NCBI GenBank assembly: GCA_030264375.1
Contig: JASCQW010000027.1
Coordinates: 58,276,829-58,337,045 of the forward strand
DNA length: 60,217 nt
Reading direction: 5' to 3'
DNA from: Carcharhinus longimanus
Taxonomy: Eukaryota
Shown: positions 48,516 to 60,217 of the stretch, piece by piece
How positions within the stretch are numbered: position 1 is the first letter of the stretch
Layout of the letters: each line of letters starts with the position of its first letter
The notes under the pieces: model-generated
Database searches by the model: none
What the model saw: only the letters and a program-made list of their open reading frames with translations
What the model was told of the DNA's origin: nothing
Translations under genes and position numbers: made by a program

Positions 48516-49734
48516 ACTATGAGGCCTTGAAAACCAAAACAATGCTAGTTAACCAGGTATCTTTGAATTTGGGGAGAATGGGAAGCCACCGAGGTTCCGC
48601 TGGAATCCCTATTTGTAAATGATGGTTAGGGATAGAACTGATCTTGACTCTGGCAGTCTATTCAATTGAACTGATGATTGATGCTCATAGTCTGGTCTGA
48701 CTCACGATGTTTGGCCGCGTGGGTAAGGTTTCACAATTGGCAAGGCTTCTTGCCCAGCTCAGAAAAATCGACAGTGAACACAGTCCTGCTACAACGGGCT
48801 ACTCTGCAGCCATTTAATGGCTAGGGATGAGACTTCTGCCTCCATATGGGAGTGGTGGCCATTGTCAGGACTGTAACTGACCCAACAAAAAACTGCCAGA
48901 TGACAGTTAAGTTGAGGGTTTTGTGGTGGGGCAGGGCCCAGAAGAATGGATGAGTGGGTAGCAGGTGCATCGGTCAGTGGTTAGCAGACACTCAGGAAAA
49001 GGGGGTTGGGGAAACCTTGGTGGGGCTTCTTAACTGAAAAGGAGGCCTGTGAAGGACACACTCGACTCCCACCTTGTACTTATTGGGCTTCTTAGATTTT
49101 CTCCAGTTAGCCAAAAGATTTACTTTTAAGAGCCGCAATTGGTATGAAAGCAGATAGGCTACCCAAGTCCTTGACCAATGGCCGTTAAATCACAGCCAGG
49201 TCCGGAAGAGGCAGGAAGGGAGCAGGAAAAGCATTCACAGAACTTAACGGGATCGCAGCCTGCATATCCATCAGCAGTCTGTTCATAGGCGTGTAAATAA
49301 GTCGAAGTTTGTTAATTATTTACAATTAGTAGTTTAATTATGTGTAATAATTAAGTAGTCGATATATTAACCCAGTGTGATATCATGGTGAACTGGGGGA
49401 CACTAGTACATCACATGACTTGGTCTTGGTTAGCAGGCTCACTCACATTTGATAAGTGAGAAAAGCTACATGGCCCCAAGGCAGTGATGCAAAATCACCA
49501 AAATTGAACAGTTCTGGTCTGGGGTAATCAAACTCCCTAGCAATTAAAACTTATTAGTTTATATTTCCTAAATTCAAAGGTTGATAGTGCAAAGGGGAAA
49601 AAAAAGGTGTTAAAATGTTGAGTGTTATTTTAAATTAGTGCAGTTTAACTTGGGGCCAGGACTTTATGTGGTTAGGTTGGATACACGCTGGACCTGGAAG
49701 TGTGTTAAATCAAATGAGAAAACATCAGGAGCAT

Positions 49735-50452
49735 TTCAGGTCGCCCCTCAAACTCCGTCGTTCCAATGAGAACAAACCAAGTTTTTTCAAGCACTGCTCA
49801 TATCTAATGCCTTCCATACCAGACAATATCCTGGTAAATTTTTCCTGTGCCCTCTCCAAAGCTTCCATACCTTTCTGGTAGTGTGGCAACCAGAACTGAA
49901 TACTATATTCCAAGTGTGGCCTAACCAAGATTCTATAAAGCTACAACATGACTTGTCAATTTTTAAACTCAATGAAGGCAAGCATGCCACATTTCTTCTT
50001 GGCTACCTTCTCCACTTGTGTTGCCACTTTCAGTGACCTGTGTACCTGTACACCCAGATCCCTCTGCCTATCAATACTCTTAAGGATTCTGTCATTTACT
50101 GTATACTTCCCATGAGTATTAGACCTTCCAAAATGCATTACCTCACATTTGTCCGGATCCATCTGCCATCTCTCCGCCCAACTCTCCAACCAATCCATAT
50201 CCTGCTATATCCTCTGATGGTCCTCATCCCTATCATCAACAAACTTACTAATGAATCCAATTACATTTTCCTCCAAATCACATATATATTACAAGCAACA
50301 AAGGTCCCACCACTGACCCCTGAGGAATGCCACTACTCACAGCCCTCATTTAGAAACACACCCTTCCACTGCTTACCCTTTGTCTTCTATGACCGAGCCA
50401 GTTCTGTATCCATCTTTCCAATTCACCTCTGATCCCGTGCGACTTTACCTTC
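49735..50452 (-). mobile_element. CR1 RT fragment
   Basis: Reads 'LESWAERWQM..DKCEVMHFGRSN...RDLGVQVHRSLKV' and 'VRPHLEYSIQFWLPHYQK.MEALERAQ.KFTR.L.GM...RRSLRGDL'. Confidence 0.92.
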
Positions 50453-50454
50453 TG

Positions 50455-50761
50455 GTAGTGGAGAGGACCATGAAGTTGCTCAAGATGTGCTTCTGATGCC
50501 TTGACTGAGCCAGGGCTTCATCGTAATATTTGCCAGACTGTGTCTCCTCATAGTTGTTATGTGCTCTGCCCTGCACAATCTTGTTCTAACAAATTGGCTG
50601 AGGAGAGCAAGGCAGGACCAGTGGCCAGAGAGGATTACTCCAGCGATGGATTGAAGGACAAGGCTAGAAACGCACAGAGTGAGGACTTCGAGGCAGATGA
50701 TAGGAACATTCAGGGGGCCAGCGACATGAGCAATGCATTGATCCACAAATCCTTCAACTAA
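50455..50761 (+). pseudogene. PIF/Harbinger (HARBI1-like) transposase C-terminal fragment
   Basis: Reads VERTMKLLKMCF*CLD*ARASS*YLPDCVS/IVVMCSALHNL, matching 'VERTIGLLKMRFRCLD.SGG.LQY.P..VS.IVV.CC.LHN'. An acidic tail follows. Confidence 0.8.
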
Positions 50762-52150
50762 GCAGCCATGACATGGAGGCTGGCTGAACTCAATGGCCAT
50801 GTCTCACTCACAATAAAGCCGTCCTTTAGCGCTTAACTCAGAAATTCTGCACCACACCAAGTCCTCCACTTAGAAACCCGTGCAACCTCTGGCCAATGTA
50901 CAAAGCATGCAGCCAACTCAGAAAATGTTTATGTGACTTCATATTAACATAAAAACAGCACACAAACATTCCAAACCTAACAGAAAAGCTGAAGTAGTGA
51001 ATGCAAATAATGTCATCTGTGATATGGCCCTGTTGTGCTTTTGGGGTGCATGTCTGCAGTGCTGCATCTTGGTGCCCCCAATGTGCTGGCAGCAATATTG
51101 GAGGCAGCATGCTGACTTTGCTATCATGGCTGCAGTGATTGCCTAGGTGGGTGTCCTGTGGCTATCGGAACCTGAGTTAGTTTCAGCTGGGAAGGAATAT
51201 CACATTATCATCAGATGCAGTGTCACAAGCAAAGGGGGTGGAGGAGCTGCTGCCCTGTTTCAGAGCACCCTTAAGGGGACCCACAAAACTACAGGCAATG
51301 CCTCCACTGGCATGAGGTGCATTCGAACGTCCCTGTTCAGCACTGATGGACGGACATTTAGCAGAGAGCCGAGGTGCCTCATCATCTCCCACACTGGCAG
51401 TAACCTTCAGAGGTCCTAGCAGTTGTGCTGGCTTGCAAGTGTGAGGCAACTCTTCAAAGATGTGAGGGTGTCCCCGAAGCTGCTTCTCCACCAGAGTCGC
51501 CATTCTAACAGATGAGAATGATGTGAGCTTGATGCTCACAGACCTCTCAATGACAGATGCCATGGCATACAGATCCTCATAAATCTCTGCCACACATCCC
51601 GCTGGACATATGACAACTGCCACCTGATGAATATCTCCAGAGGCTCGTCATTTGCTTCAAACTCAACATGGTCCTGACCTCCAATAGTGCTCCCACTGTT
51701 GGTGTCCTGCGACTTGTCTGTCTCTTGTCTCTTCAGGCAAACGTGATGTGCCCTCACTACTGTGCACTATTTGTGGAAGTGCCTACCAACTTGAGAGTAT
51801 CTGCGTTACTGTATGGTATCAAAAGACAAAGTGATGCAAATGCAGGAGCAAAGTCCTCTGGGGGCCTGATGGGGCCACCTGCAGCTAGTGTGGTTGGCTC
51901 ATTTACAGCAAGGAGGCAGAACATCAGTGAATTCAATCACCATATCATTTTACATGATAGGTGTCCTGCTGAAACAACGCTGAGAGATGCTGCGTGGGGA
52001 CATCTGCATTGGAGCTTCAATGGGCATTCTGGCTGATAAGCGGGGCCTGTGAACTCTTCTGCACCCACAGCACAACTTACCTTCATCTCACAGTTCTGTC
52101 ACACCAGATACAGGGCAGTGAGCTGGTAAAGTGGCAATCTGACTCCAGAG

Positions 52151-52456
52151 CATCACAGAATCCCTACAATGCAGGAGGCGGCCATTTGGTCCATCAAGCC
52201 TGCACTAAAACAATCCCAACTAAGCCCTATCCCCTTAACAGCATGTCATCACCTCGCTAATCCTCCTGACACTAAGGGGCAATTTTCCATGTCCAATTTA
52301 AGTAACCCGCACATCTTTGGACTGTGGGAGGAAACTGGAACATGCAGAAAAACTCATGCAGACATAAACAGAATGTGCAAACTTCACAGCCTAGGCCAGA
52401 ATTGAACCCAAGTCCCTGGCTCTGTGAAGCAGCAGCACTAATCACTGTGCCATGTG
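52151..52456 (-). mobile_element. HE1-type V-SINE (family A) inside the Harbinger element
   Basis: Reverse complement of family A, starting 'catcacagaatccctacaatgcaggagg'. Confidence 0.9.
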
Positions 52457-52790
52457 CGTCCATTCTCGCTCCTAGTCAGGAGCAGCAAACTGGAGACATC
52501 CCCAGCAGTTAGATGACACTCCTCATTATTGTTACTTGTCTTCTCGTTACACTGAATGGAAAGATTTATTGATGTTCCATCATCCTTGAGGACATTCTAG
52601 ATGGCTCCTCCCCCCACAAGGGCATTTAGCATGCCATTTCACTATAACAATTCTTCTTCCAGCACGTTGTGGCCTACTATTAGTCCAGCCTTGGTAGGAC
52701 AGACTTCAGTGCGAGTTGACACACACACCATCTGTAGTCAGACACCCGAAAACACCTGTACGCACAGTTCCATGTCATCTTTGCACTTAT

Positions 52791-53022
52791 CATTGCTGAC
52801 TGCAGAAGATCATTGAATGCCAGGTGCAGTATACAACATCAAACCCATTGACTCGGGCAAGTACCTCAGACCTTATTAGTCAAGCAGAATAGCCTCCTCT
52901 TCCTATCCCTGGATATCAGGATATTATGCTTGGCAGTGACGTCCTGCAACAGCACACAGAGACACTCATCTTGAAACGGGGACATTTAGCCCATATGACT
53001 TGCCCTCCACCTTCCGTGGCAT
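52791..53022 (-). pseudogene. Harbinger Myb/SANT-like gene, first exon (degenerate); downstream part ~50950-52100
   Basis: Reads PRF/DECLCVLLQDVTAKHNILISRDRKRR...FNDLLQSA, followed by a decayed donor 'ataagt'. Confidence 0.7.
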
Positions 53023-53297
53023 GGCATCCTGGTGCTGATAATATTCTTGAGACCAGTAAAGTTCTTGGTCTTCAAGTCCTCATTGCACCCAGTGCCCAAT
53101 GCATCTCTACGCCCATCCAGTGAGAGCCCAACAGCACGGCTGTTTTGGCTGATACAACAAAACCATATAATGGCAAAGCAATACTCTCAACTAAAATATC
53201 CTGATAAGGGGCTGTCTTAATGAGAGTTCTACAGTGCATACAATATTAATACCTATAATGTGACTTCAGCGTCGATCATGAGAATTAAATATCATTT

Positions 53298-53776
53298 ACT
53301 AGATTTACAGGATGCTACCAGGACTTGATGGTTTGAGTTAAAAGGAGAGGCTGGATAGACTGGGACTTTTTTCTCTGGACGGTAGAAGGCTAAGGGGTAA
53401 TCTTATAGAGGTCTATAAAATAATGAGGGGCATCTCGATCAGCTAGATAGTCAATATCTTTTCCCAAAGGTAGGGGAGTCTAAAACTAGAGGGCATAGGT
53501 TTAAGGTGAGAGGGGAGAGATACAAAAGTGCCTCAGAGGGGCAATTTTTTCACACAGAGGGTGCTGAGTGTCTAGAACAAGCTGCCAAAGGTGGTTGTAG
53601 AGGCGGGTACAATTTTGTCTTTTAAAAAGCATTTAGACAGTTACATGGGTAACTAACTACATGTAGTTAGAGGGATATGGGACAATTGGGGCTAGCTTCG
53701 GGGTTTAAAAAAAGAGTGGCATGGACAAGTTGGGCCGGAGGGCTTGTTTCTATGCTGTAAACCTCTATGACTCTAT
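53298..53776 (+). mobile_element. CR1 3' end
   Basis: Reads 'RFTGMLPGLDGLS.KERLDRLGLFSL..RRLRG.LIEVYKIM' with tail 'aacctctatgactcta'. Same subfamily as 35703-35920. Confidence 0.92.
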
Positions 53777-54399
53777 AGTATGCTCTCGTATCACAGATAA
53801 GCAGACATCAAAGTTATCCTAAAGCCCGCCATTATCTTAGAAGTGGTCAAATTTAATGAAATAACAAAAAAGCTTTAATGAGGGACTAACACCATAGGTG
53901 GTCAGTCAGGAGACAATAGGAAATTATTTTAGTAGATGACTAATTACCATCAATAAACCAATTAGAAAGTGATCATGCATCTTAAGCCATCAGGGCCTGC
54001 TCTCGTGTGTACAACAGTTTGAGACTCCATGTTGCCTCATGCCCTAGACTGAATCAGGAAGCAAGAACCATGTTGAGCCGGTAAAGTTGCTTTGCTGTCT
54101 AGCTTTATTAAGTATAACTTTAGTTACGTGATAAATATTTCCAGAGTTACATCACTAAAATTGTCTCCTACTGCCTAAAAAACTAAAGTCTCAAGATTAA
54201 ATTTGCCAGGCAGAAAAAAAATTGAACTAAAAACAACATAAGAACCTCTCATTTGTCCTTATAAATGAACATTAATTAAAATAAAAAAAAGGCTGTAGAG
54301 TAGCTAATCACATTTCAGATTTTCTGCAAATGAATTACATGATTGAATTACCATTGTTACATTAAAAAAGAGACTGCCATTTCTCACACCTGTATATCT

Positions 54400-54665
54400 C
54401 AAACAGTAATGTGATAAATGCAGGATTACAAATTTTTTGGTGTTGGCTGAGATAAATAGATGGTGGACAGCTCAGTGCGGAGATTATCTGCTCTTCTGGA
54501 CATTGCAATCATCTGAACCACCAGACAGGCAGGTGGAGTTATAGGTTAATTTCTCACATGAAAGCTATTATTCAGGTGTCTTGTCAATTCTGCACTAAGG
54601 TGTCAGCCATGCACTGGTCTGTCAGCCTAGATTATGGGATGAATTTTTGTTTTAGAGGCAGGAAT
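54400..54665 (-). mobile_element. Old DeuSINE (SacSINE1-like) remnant
   Basis: Sequence 'tgttggctgagataaata...ctgctcttc...caggcag..ggag...ttaa.ttctca...gcactgg..tgtcagcctagatt' resembles the recalled reverse-strand Deu domain. Highly decayed. Confidence 0.45.
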
Positions 54666-55435
54666 CTGAAGTCAGGGATTTCGCAATGTAACGATTCAGC
54701 CTCCTGACCGGCAGTGGCCACCATACAATCTTAACAGCAGGTCGTGGGAAAGGGCGGGAGCCGAGGATGCCTCCTGCAACAATCTTGAGTCAGGGATGGA
54801 AGTTGAAACAGAAACGAATGGATGCCAAAGTGACCGGGTTAAAATGTCCACCTTGGTCACTTGCTCATTTCTGGAGATAAATGTGAGGCTGCCTACCTCT
54901 GCTATCTATCTCACTCCCTTGCCCACCCTCATACTTGGTTATCCTTCCCTTACCCTCTAACCTTCCTTACATTACACAACCACTTTATCCTATCCCCACT
55001 CACTCATACATGCTCTCAGTATCCACTACATACAGAACTCAGGATAATGACATTGGGAAGTCTTCAGTGGTGAACGCCAAAGATGGACTCTTGGAGCTCT
55101 TTTGAATTGACCAAGCAGGTAAGGCGAAGAAACCAAGCTATAATGGGTCAGAAAGCAATGCAAAGACATAAGGATGGTTCCACAGATGGACAAAGCAGAA
55201 GGAATCATATAAAAAGACGGAGTTGTCAAACGTGTCAAGTGCTGTAATGGTTAAGAAGGACAAGAAGAAATACAGTTCCATGGTCAAGGCTATTAATGGA
55301 TGATACGGAAAGAATGATTAATGGATAACAGTCCAGAGTCCTAGACACAAATTAGGAACTGAAAAAATAAGAGATAATTGTAAAAGGGACAAAATATACA
55401 TCCCCTCATTCTCAAAAGACACGTTTTACACATAC

Positions 55436-55574
55436 CTGCAACTTTTTAGTGAATCTGCTGAACATGAAAACCACACACTCGTTGAGTGCTCCTGTTTGCT
55501 GCAGAAGTAACAACCCTTTTGGAGTCGCAGCAAAGTTTAGCAGATTGTCCAGCAGCATTTCTTCCAAGATCATC
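55436..55574 (-). CDS. TBC1D32: TBC1D32 internal exon 2 (139 bp, phase 2-0)
   Basis: ttttgtcag|G ... CAG|gtatgt. Encodes [46 protein letters not shown], containing the BROMI motif '[25 protein letters not shown]'. Confidence 0.95.
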
Positions 55575-55725
55575 CTGACAAAAAAGTTACAGGGTTTCAT
55601 TTTTTATGATACCTAAGAAATGATGATAATTTATACAATAATGATTACAATAATATACCAAAATTAGGATCCTTTCTAATGACATTGTAGTATGAAAGAC
55701 AAGAAAGTGAAAAACAGTAAAACAA

Positions 55726-56500
55726 CATGTTATACTCGTATAAAAATCGAATTTCTGTTATCAATTTTTAGAGAATGTTAAGGAGTTGACTTTTGTGCAA
55801 GGAATGTTTTTGAGGGGCGTATGTTGAACTAACACATATTCACTTGATACACCTAACATAGTACAAAAGAATCATAAGGTAATGGAGGAAATGTAGCCCA
55901 TACCAGCTGTTACTCCCCCTCTCACTGTGTTTTTATTAAGGAACCTTCCCCACACCTGACCACCAACCCTCACATTCGGAGAAAGGAACCAGCATCATTG
56001 GCTTATCCCGTGGTTTTAATGCTGCTCAGGGGTCAAGGAAAATAATGGGACATTGACGGCTCACGCTGATAGTTCCCAGTCCTTGTCCTAAACCTTACTG
56101 CAGAGCAATTCCTCTCCTTTGACATTTGTAAGGGCTCGATCGGCAAGACCGGCTTCCATCCCCAAAAGGCTGAAGGCGGTGACTGAGGATACAAGACCGA
56201 GAGTCCATTTATGAGATGATCCCTACATCCACTTCCATCTGTATTGTTTATTACTCTTTTCTGACTTGTTAGTTTCTTGCCACAAAATTCAAAATCAACT
56301 GCCGTTCTATCCATGTTAATTGACAAGAATGAACTGGAGGAACTTTGGTATGTGTAACTATTTTAATGAATAATTAATGCAGATATTTGATGGATTGTGG
56401 AGGTTATACTTGGGCTCTGATCCCTGAAAAAGTAGGGTCAACTTTTAAATGAGGATTTTTAGGCCAAAAATCATAAAATTGACTTATACAAGTATGTATG
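55726..56500. mobile_element. Tc1/mariner (Tc2/pogo-like) non-autonomous element
   Basis: Degenerate TIRs 'tatactcgtataaaaatcga' (55731) and 'ttgacttatacaagtatgtatg' (56479). Confidence 0.45.
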
Positions 56501-58111
56501 ACATGAATTCGTAAACTTTTTTTTTGAAACAACTTCACTATTTGTAAGACTGGCTTTCTCTATGATTCATCCAGTCTCACAAACATACGTTTTTTTGTGT
56601 CTTAAAAAAATGTTTTGTGCTGAATTAATCCTTTGGAATCCAAAGCAGGATACATCTTTTCAAGGTAAGGAAAATTATATATAAAACAGGATTTTTTTGT
56701 GGTCATAAATACATACGATTTTCATCTTCACTATCATCCATGAAATCCAGCCAAATTTTACTGTTCAGTAAATGAAGATGGAAATGAAGTACACAATATT
56801 AAATTCAACACCTGGCAAGTTAGAAGAGTGGCCAAAAGATTTTAGGAAAGACACTTTAGTTTTAAAATTTGGTGAAGAAGCCTTGTGGGACAAGGCGAGT
56901 ACTCTCCCAACCCCCATAAGAAATCTATGGGCCTCCAAAGCTTTGGCCTTTCTTCTTATTTACATAACCAGAAGAAAAATCTTTCAGATGTTCTCATCCA
57001 GGAGAAAGGCTCATATCTGATATTACTACTTCAGCCTGCTGGCCTGACAACACTTCATTTGTTTTTGAACAGGATCAGTTCTGACAAATTAAAGTGAGGC
57101 AGAGTTTAGAAATACCTGGGTTACACATTCAACTCAATGCAGTGGCTTTTACCCAACCTCTCATCTAATGTATCCCAATTTTTGCCTATCCTGAGTCACA
57201 AGCAGGAGCTTCAAAATCAATGGCCAGGATTATGTCAGGATTATACTTTCGCTCATTGGTTGGACAGCCCCCATCAGTTCTGTGAAGGAGCCCAAATGGA
57301 ATCAAGCGCCTTACAAGCACCTACATGGCCATTGTGGGCCTTTCCAATGATTGTGATTCCCAGTGGTGAAAGCTCTGCCTGGTGCCAGCTCCTCATGTTG
57401 CCAACACCAGTGGAAGAAATGGCAGTTATTATTAAGTAGCATTATGCCCATCAAAGACTCAGATTTATCATGTCATCCTAGAATAAAGGTGAATGAAGGC
57501 AGGTAAGAGATTGTGAGGAAAGGAGGTATGGTCACAGAAGGAAGGCAAGGGGCAAAGTAGGTCAGAGCCAAGGGCAGCAAAGTGGCTTTCAGAACCCACA
57601 TTCCTGTCCAATGTGCCCAATGTGAGGGATCTGACAGAGTGACTGATAATGAAGGCGGCAGCGAGCAAATCTGACAGGGTTTGCTGGGCAGCTTTTCAAG
57701 GAATTTTAATCCCTGCGCCAATATTAAGTTGTTATGTAAAGNNNNNNNNNNNNNNNNNNNNNNNNNNNNNNNNNNNNNNNNNNNNNNNNNNNNNNNNNNN
57801 NNNNNNNNNNNNNNNNNNNNNNNNNNNNNNNNNNNNNNNNNTGAGCCAATATTAAGTTGTAATGTAAAGGATATTGAGTGTCAACCAGCTCATTTGTTGG
57901 CCTGTGAATCCTACGTCAGCCCCTTCTGCCCTTTTACAGGACTTAAGAGAGGTTTTGCCACTGCCAGGGGACTGATGTGAGGCATCTTCCACAATTAAAT
58001 GAGACCAGATGCCATGTTCCCTCTGCAATGGGCTGTATTAAATCTAGCCCATTGTTATCAACCAGCATGATCACACACAATTGCAAAGCAACAATGCAGG
58101 ATGACACCTAC

Positions 58112-58194
58112 GTATTTTGTAATTCCTGAGCAGCTGAAGAATCTGATTCACTTCCTGCTATTGGAGTAGGTATTCGCTCAGAAAGTAAACAGGC
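58112..58194 (-). CDS. TBC1D32: TBC1D32 internal exon 1 of 9 in window (83 bp, phase 0-2)
   Basis: Acceptor aactag|GCC, donor AC|gtaggt. Encodes ACLLSERIPTPIAGSESDSSAAQELQN(T), matching recalled vertebrate TBC1D32 'SLLSERIPTPVEG...'. Joins in frame with the next exon. Confidence 0.9.
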
Positions 58195-58439
58195 CTAGTT
58201 CACAAAAAAATTAAAATCGAGTTATGAAAATTACGTAATTACATAAAGATTTTGTCTAATCCATGTCTTAAAAAATGATAGAGTGCATAAAATATATTTG
58301 AATATGAAGTCATACTCAACATCAAATGAAAAATATGGGCAAATACTCAACTGTCCAGAAAACAAAAAAAGCTGTATTCGTTTTAAGAACTACATGAATA
58401 TTTTTACAACTTGAAATAAAATCACCAAGGTCATTATAC

Positions 58440-59772
58440 CAGTGTTTTTCAAACTGTTTTTCCAGAAGCCATTTTGCCAATTGGCCAACAATTGGGACCC
58501 ACACCACCTTCCTTTAATATGACAGGTGAGCCTACTTGGTAATCACAATCTCATTTCGATCGTGTTTACAGGATGAGAAGGCAAAATGCATATCAGGTGT
58601 AGAATTCAGGTGGTTCCTTTGTGCTGTCTTCGCCTTTGTGGGAATGTAAAATCCCACCTTGCTCATGTCAGTCATCATGAACTGAATAGCACCAAAATGC
58701 TTGTTTTACTCAGCACTGGATCCTCCTGGGAGATGCTGATTCAAAATGATGACAACCTCGTGGACTTATGGTGTATTTTTAACAAGGTCAGGTTTAGCAG
58801 CTCAATCTCTTCATTTGGAGTCAACTGTAACTTAATAACTGACTCTGCGCTCTCAAACTCAAAGGGATTTTTCACCCACTTCTATTTCAGAATCTGAAAC
58901 TTCTCCTCTGAAAAATAGTGACAAAAGCCGTCAATCAGCGCAGCCAGATGCGATTAAATATAGCTTGTCAGTCTATTGACAGTTCCCTTACTAACACTGT
59001 TTTCTCTGATGTGCCGTAGCAGTTTAGGGAACATATTGTAGTTTTGGCTTTTTACTCGCACTTACCAAACTTTTAATGACTTGTGGAAAGCACCCATTTG
59101 TTCCCAGTGCCAAAAACAATAATCTTTTCCTTCCAATTTTAGGTACTGTTGGTTCAGAGTTGAAAAGATGTTTTTTTATTTATTAATGTCACAAGTAGGC
59201 TTACATAAACACTGCAATGAAGTTACTGTGAAAATCCCCCAGTTGTCACACTCCGGTGCCTGTTCGGGTACGCTGAGGGAGAATTTAGCATGGTCTTTTG
59301 GACTATGGGAGGAAACAGGAGCACACGGAGGAAACCCATACAGTCACGGGGAGAACATGCAAACTCCATACAAACAGTGAGCTGAGCCGGGAATTGAACC
59401 AGGCTCCCTGGCACTGTGAGGTAGCAGTACTAACTGTGCCAGCCTTGCAGATGTCTGCAAGGTAAGACTTATGTCAGCATCCAGCTTTCAACACCAAACA
59501 AATCAACCAGAGAGGACGATTCTCAAGGATAGCATGGATTTCATACCTCGGTTCGTAAACTTTGCCAACATTCGACTCCTTGACAGCCAATATACCTCTG
59601 CGTGGAATAATAAATGGGCTTGGCCCCCATTTCAGAACACAGAGACTGAAAAAGCCTGGTTTGAGTGCGTTGCATTTAATGAAATTCACGACTTTCACAG
59701 TTCCTTCAAACACCACTTAAAAGATTGTACAGAAGTCTTTTCAACGCCAATGCCTTGCGGTGAATAAAGCAA
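58440..59772 (-). mobile_element. hAT/Charlie (Buster, ZBED5-like) transposon remnant, split by a SINE
   Basis: TIR-like CAGTGTTTTTCAAACT at 58440. Minus strand reads 'TVKVVNFIKCNAL...FFSLC...KVYE.RYEIHAILEN', with hATC-like 'SF.ISISQE.PVLSK' near 58700-58750. Confidence 0.75.
59171..59440 (-). mobile_element. V-SINE family B
   Basis: Reverse complement of 18528-18833. Confidence 0.9.
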
Positions 59773-59774
59773 TT

Positions 59775-60217
59775 ATTCCATACAATGTCCTGACCAACTG
59801 CTTCCTTAATCCTTATTATAACTGTGATAAGTATGAAAAAGAAGGTGGTAAATGCAGGACTGAGGATGTTGTACCTAAATGCATACAGTATATGGAACAA
59901 GGTAAATGAGCTTGTTGCGCAAATTGAAATTGACTGGTACAATGTTGTGGGCATCGTAGAGACATGGTTGCAAAAGGATCAGGGCTGAGATCTAAATATC
60001 CAAGGATACATGTTCTATCGAAAGGACAGGCAGATGGGCAAAGGGGGTGGGGTTGCATTGTTAGTAAGGAATGAAGTTAAATCAATAGCAAGAAGTGATA
60101 TAGATCAGAAGGCATAGAATCTCTATGGGGAGGGTTGACGAATCGCAAAGATAAAAAGATCCTGATGGGAGTTACTTACAGGTCCCCTAGCAGTAGTCAG
60201 GATAAGGGGCAGAAATC
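59775..60217 (+). mobile_element. CR1 ORF2 5' part (APE endonuclease), running off the window
   Basis: Reads 'LYLNAYSIWNKVNELVAQIE...VVGIVETWL....*DLNIQGY.FYRKDRQ.GKGGGVALLV...IESLW...MGVTYRSP', with an in-frame stop. Confidence 0.9.

Overview
Eukaryotic genomic DNA, most likely from a shark or other elasmobranch (inferred from HE1-type V-SINEs and a CR1-dominated repeat landscape), in a gapped draft assembly. The window lies inside one minus-strand gene that I recognise as TBC1D32 (Broad-minded/BROMI, a ciliary Hedgehog regulator). I reconstructed 9 consecutive internal coding exons by hand (58194 down to 717; 964 nt, about 321 aa, all GT-AG, phases consistent, no stops). The gene continues beyond both window edges. 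Almost all ORFs in the supplied track are noise or transposon debris. The introns are packed with decayed mobile elements: CR1, L2/CR1-group and Rex1/Babar-like LINEs, at least four SINE families, Penelope-like elements (PLEs), a Gypsy provirus, solo-LTR-like shells with nested insertions, PIF/Harbinger, hAT/Charlie and Tc2-like DNA transposons, and minisatellites. The most notable observations are minimal hammerhead-ribozyme cores in the PLEs (some in the sense orientation of the TBC1D32 pre-mRNA), a 132-bp locally templated insertion with a ~25-bp target duplication, a Rex1-like LINE with a 5' inversion, apparent SINE tail swapping, and a two-gene Harbinger fossil. I found no convincing evidence for a wholly new biological system. 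Family names come from recalled motifs, not database searches, and repeat boundaries are approximate.
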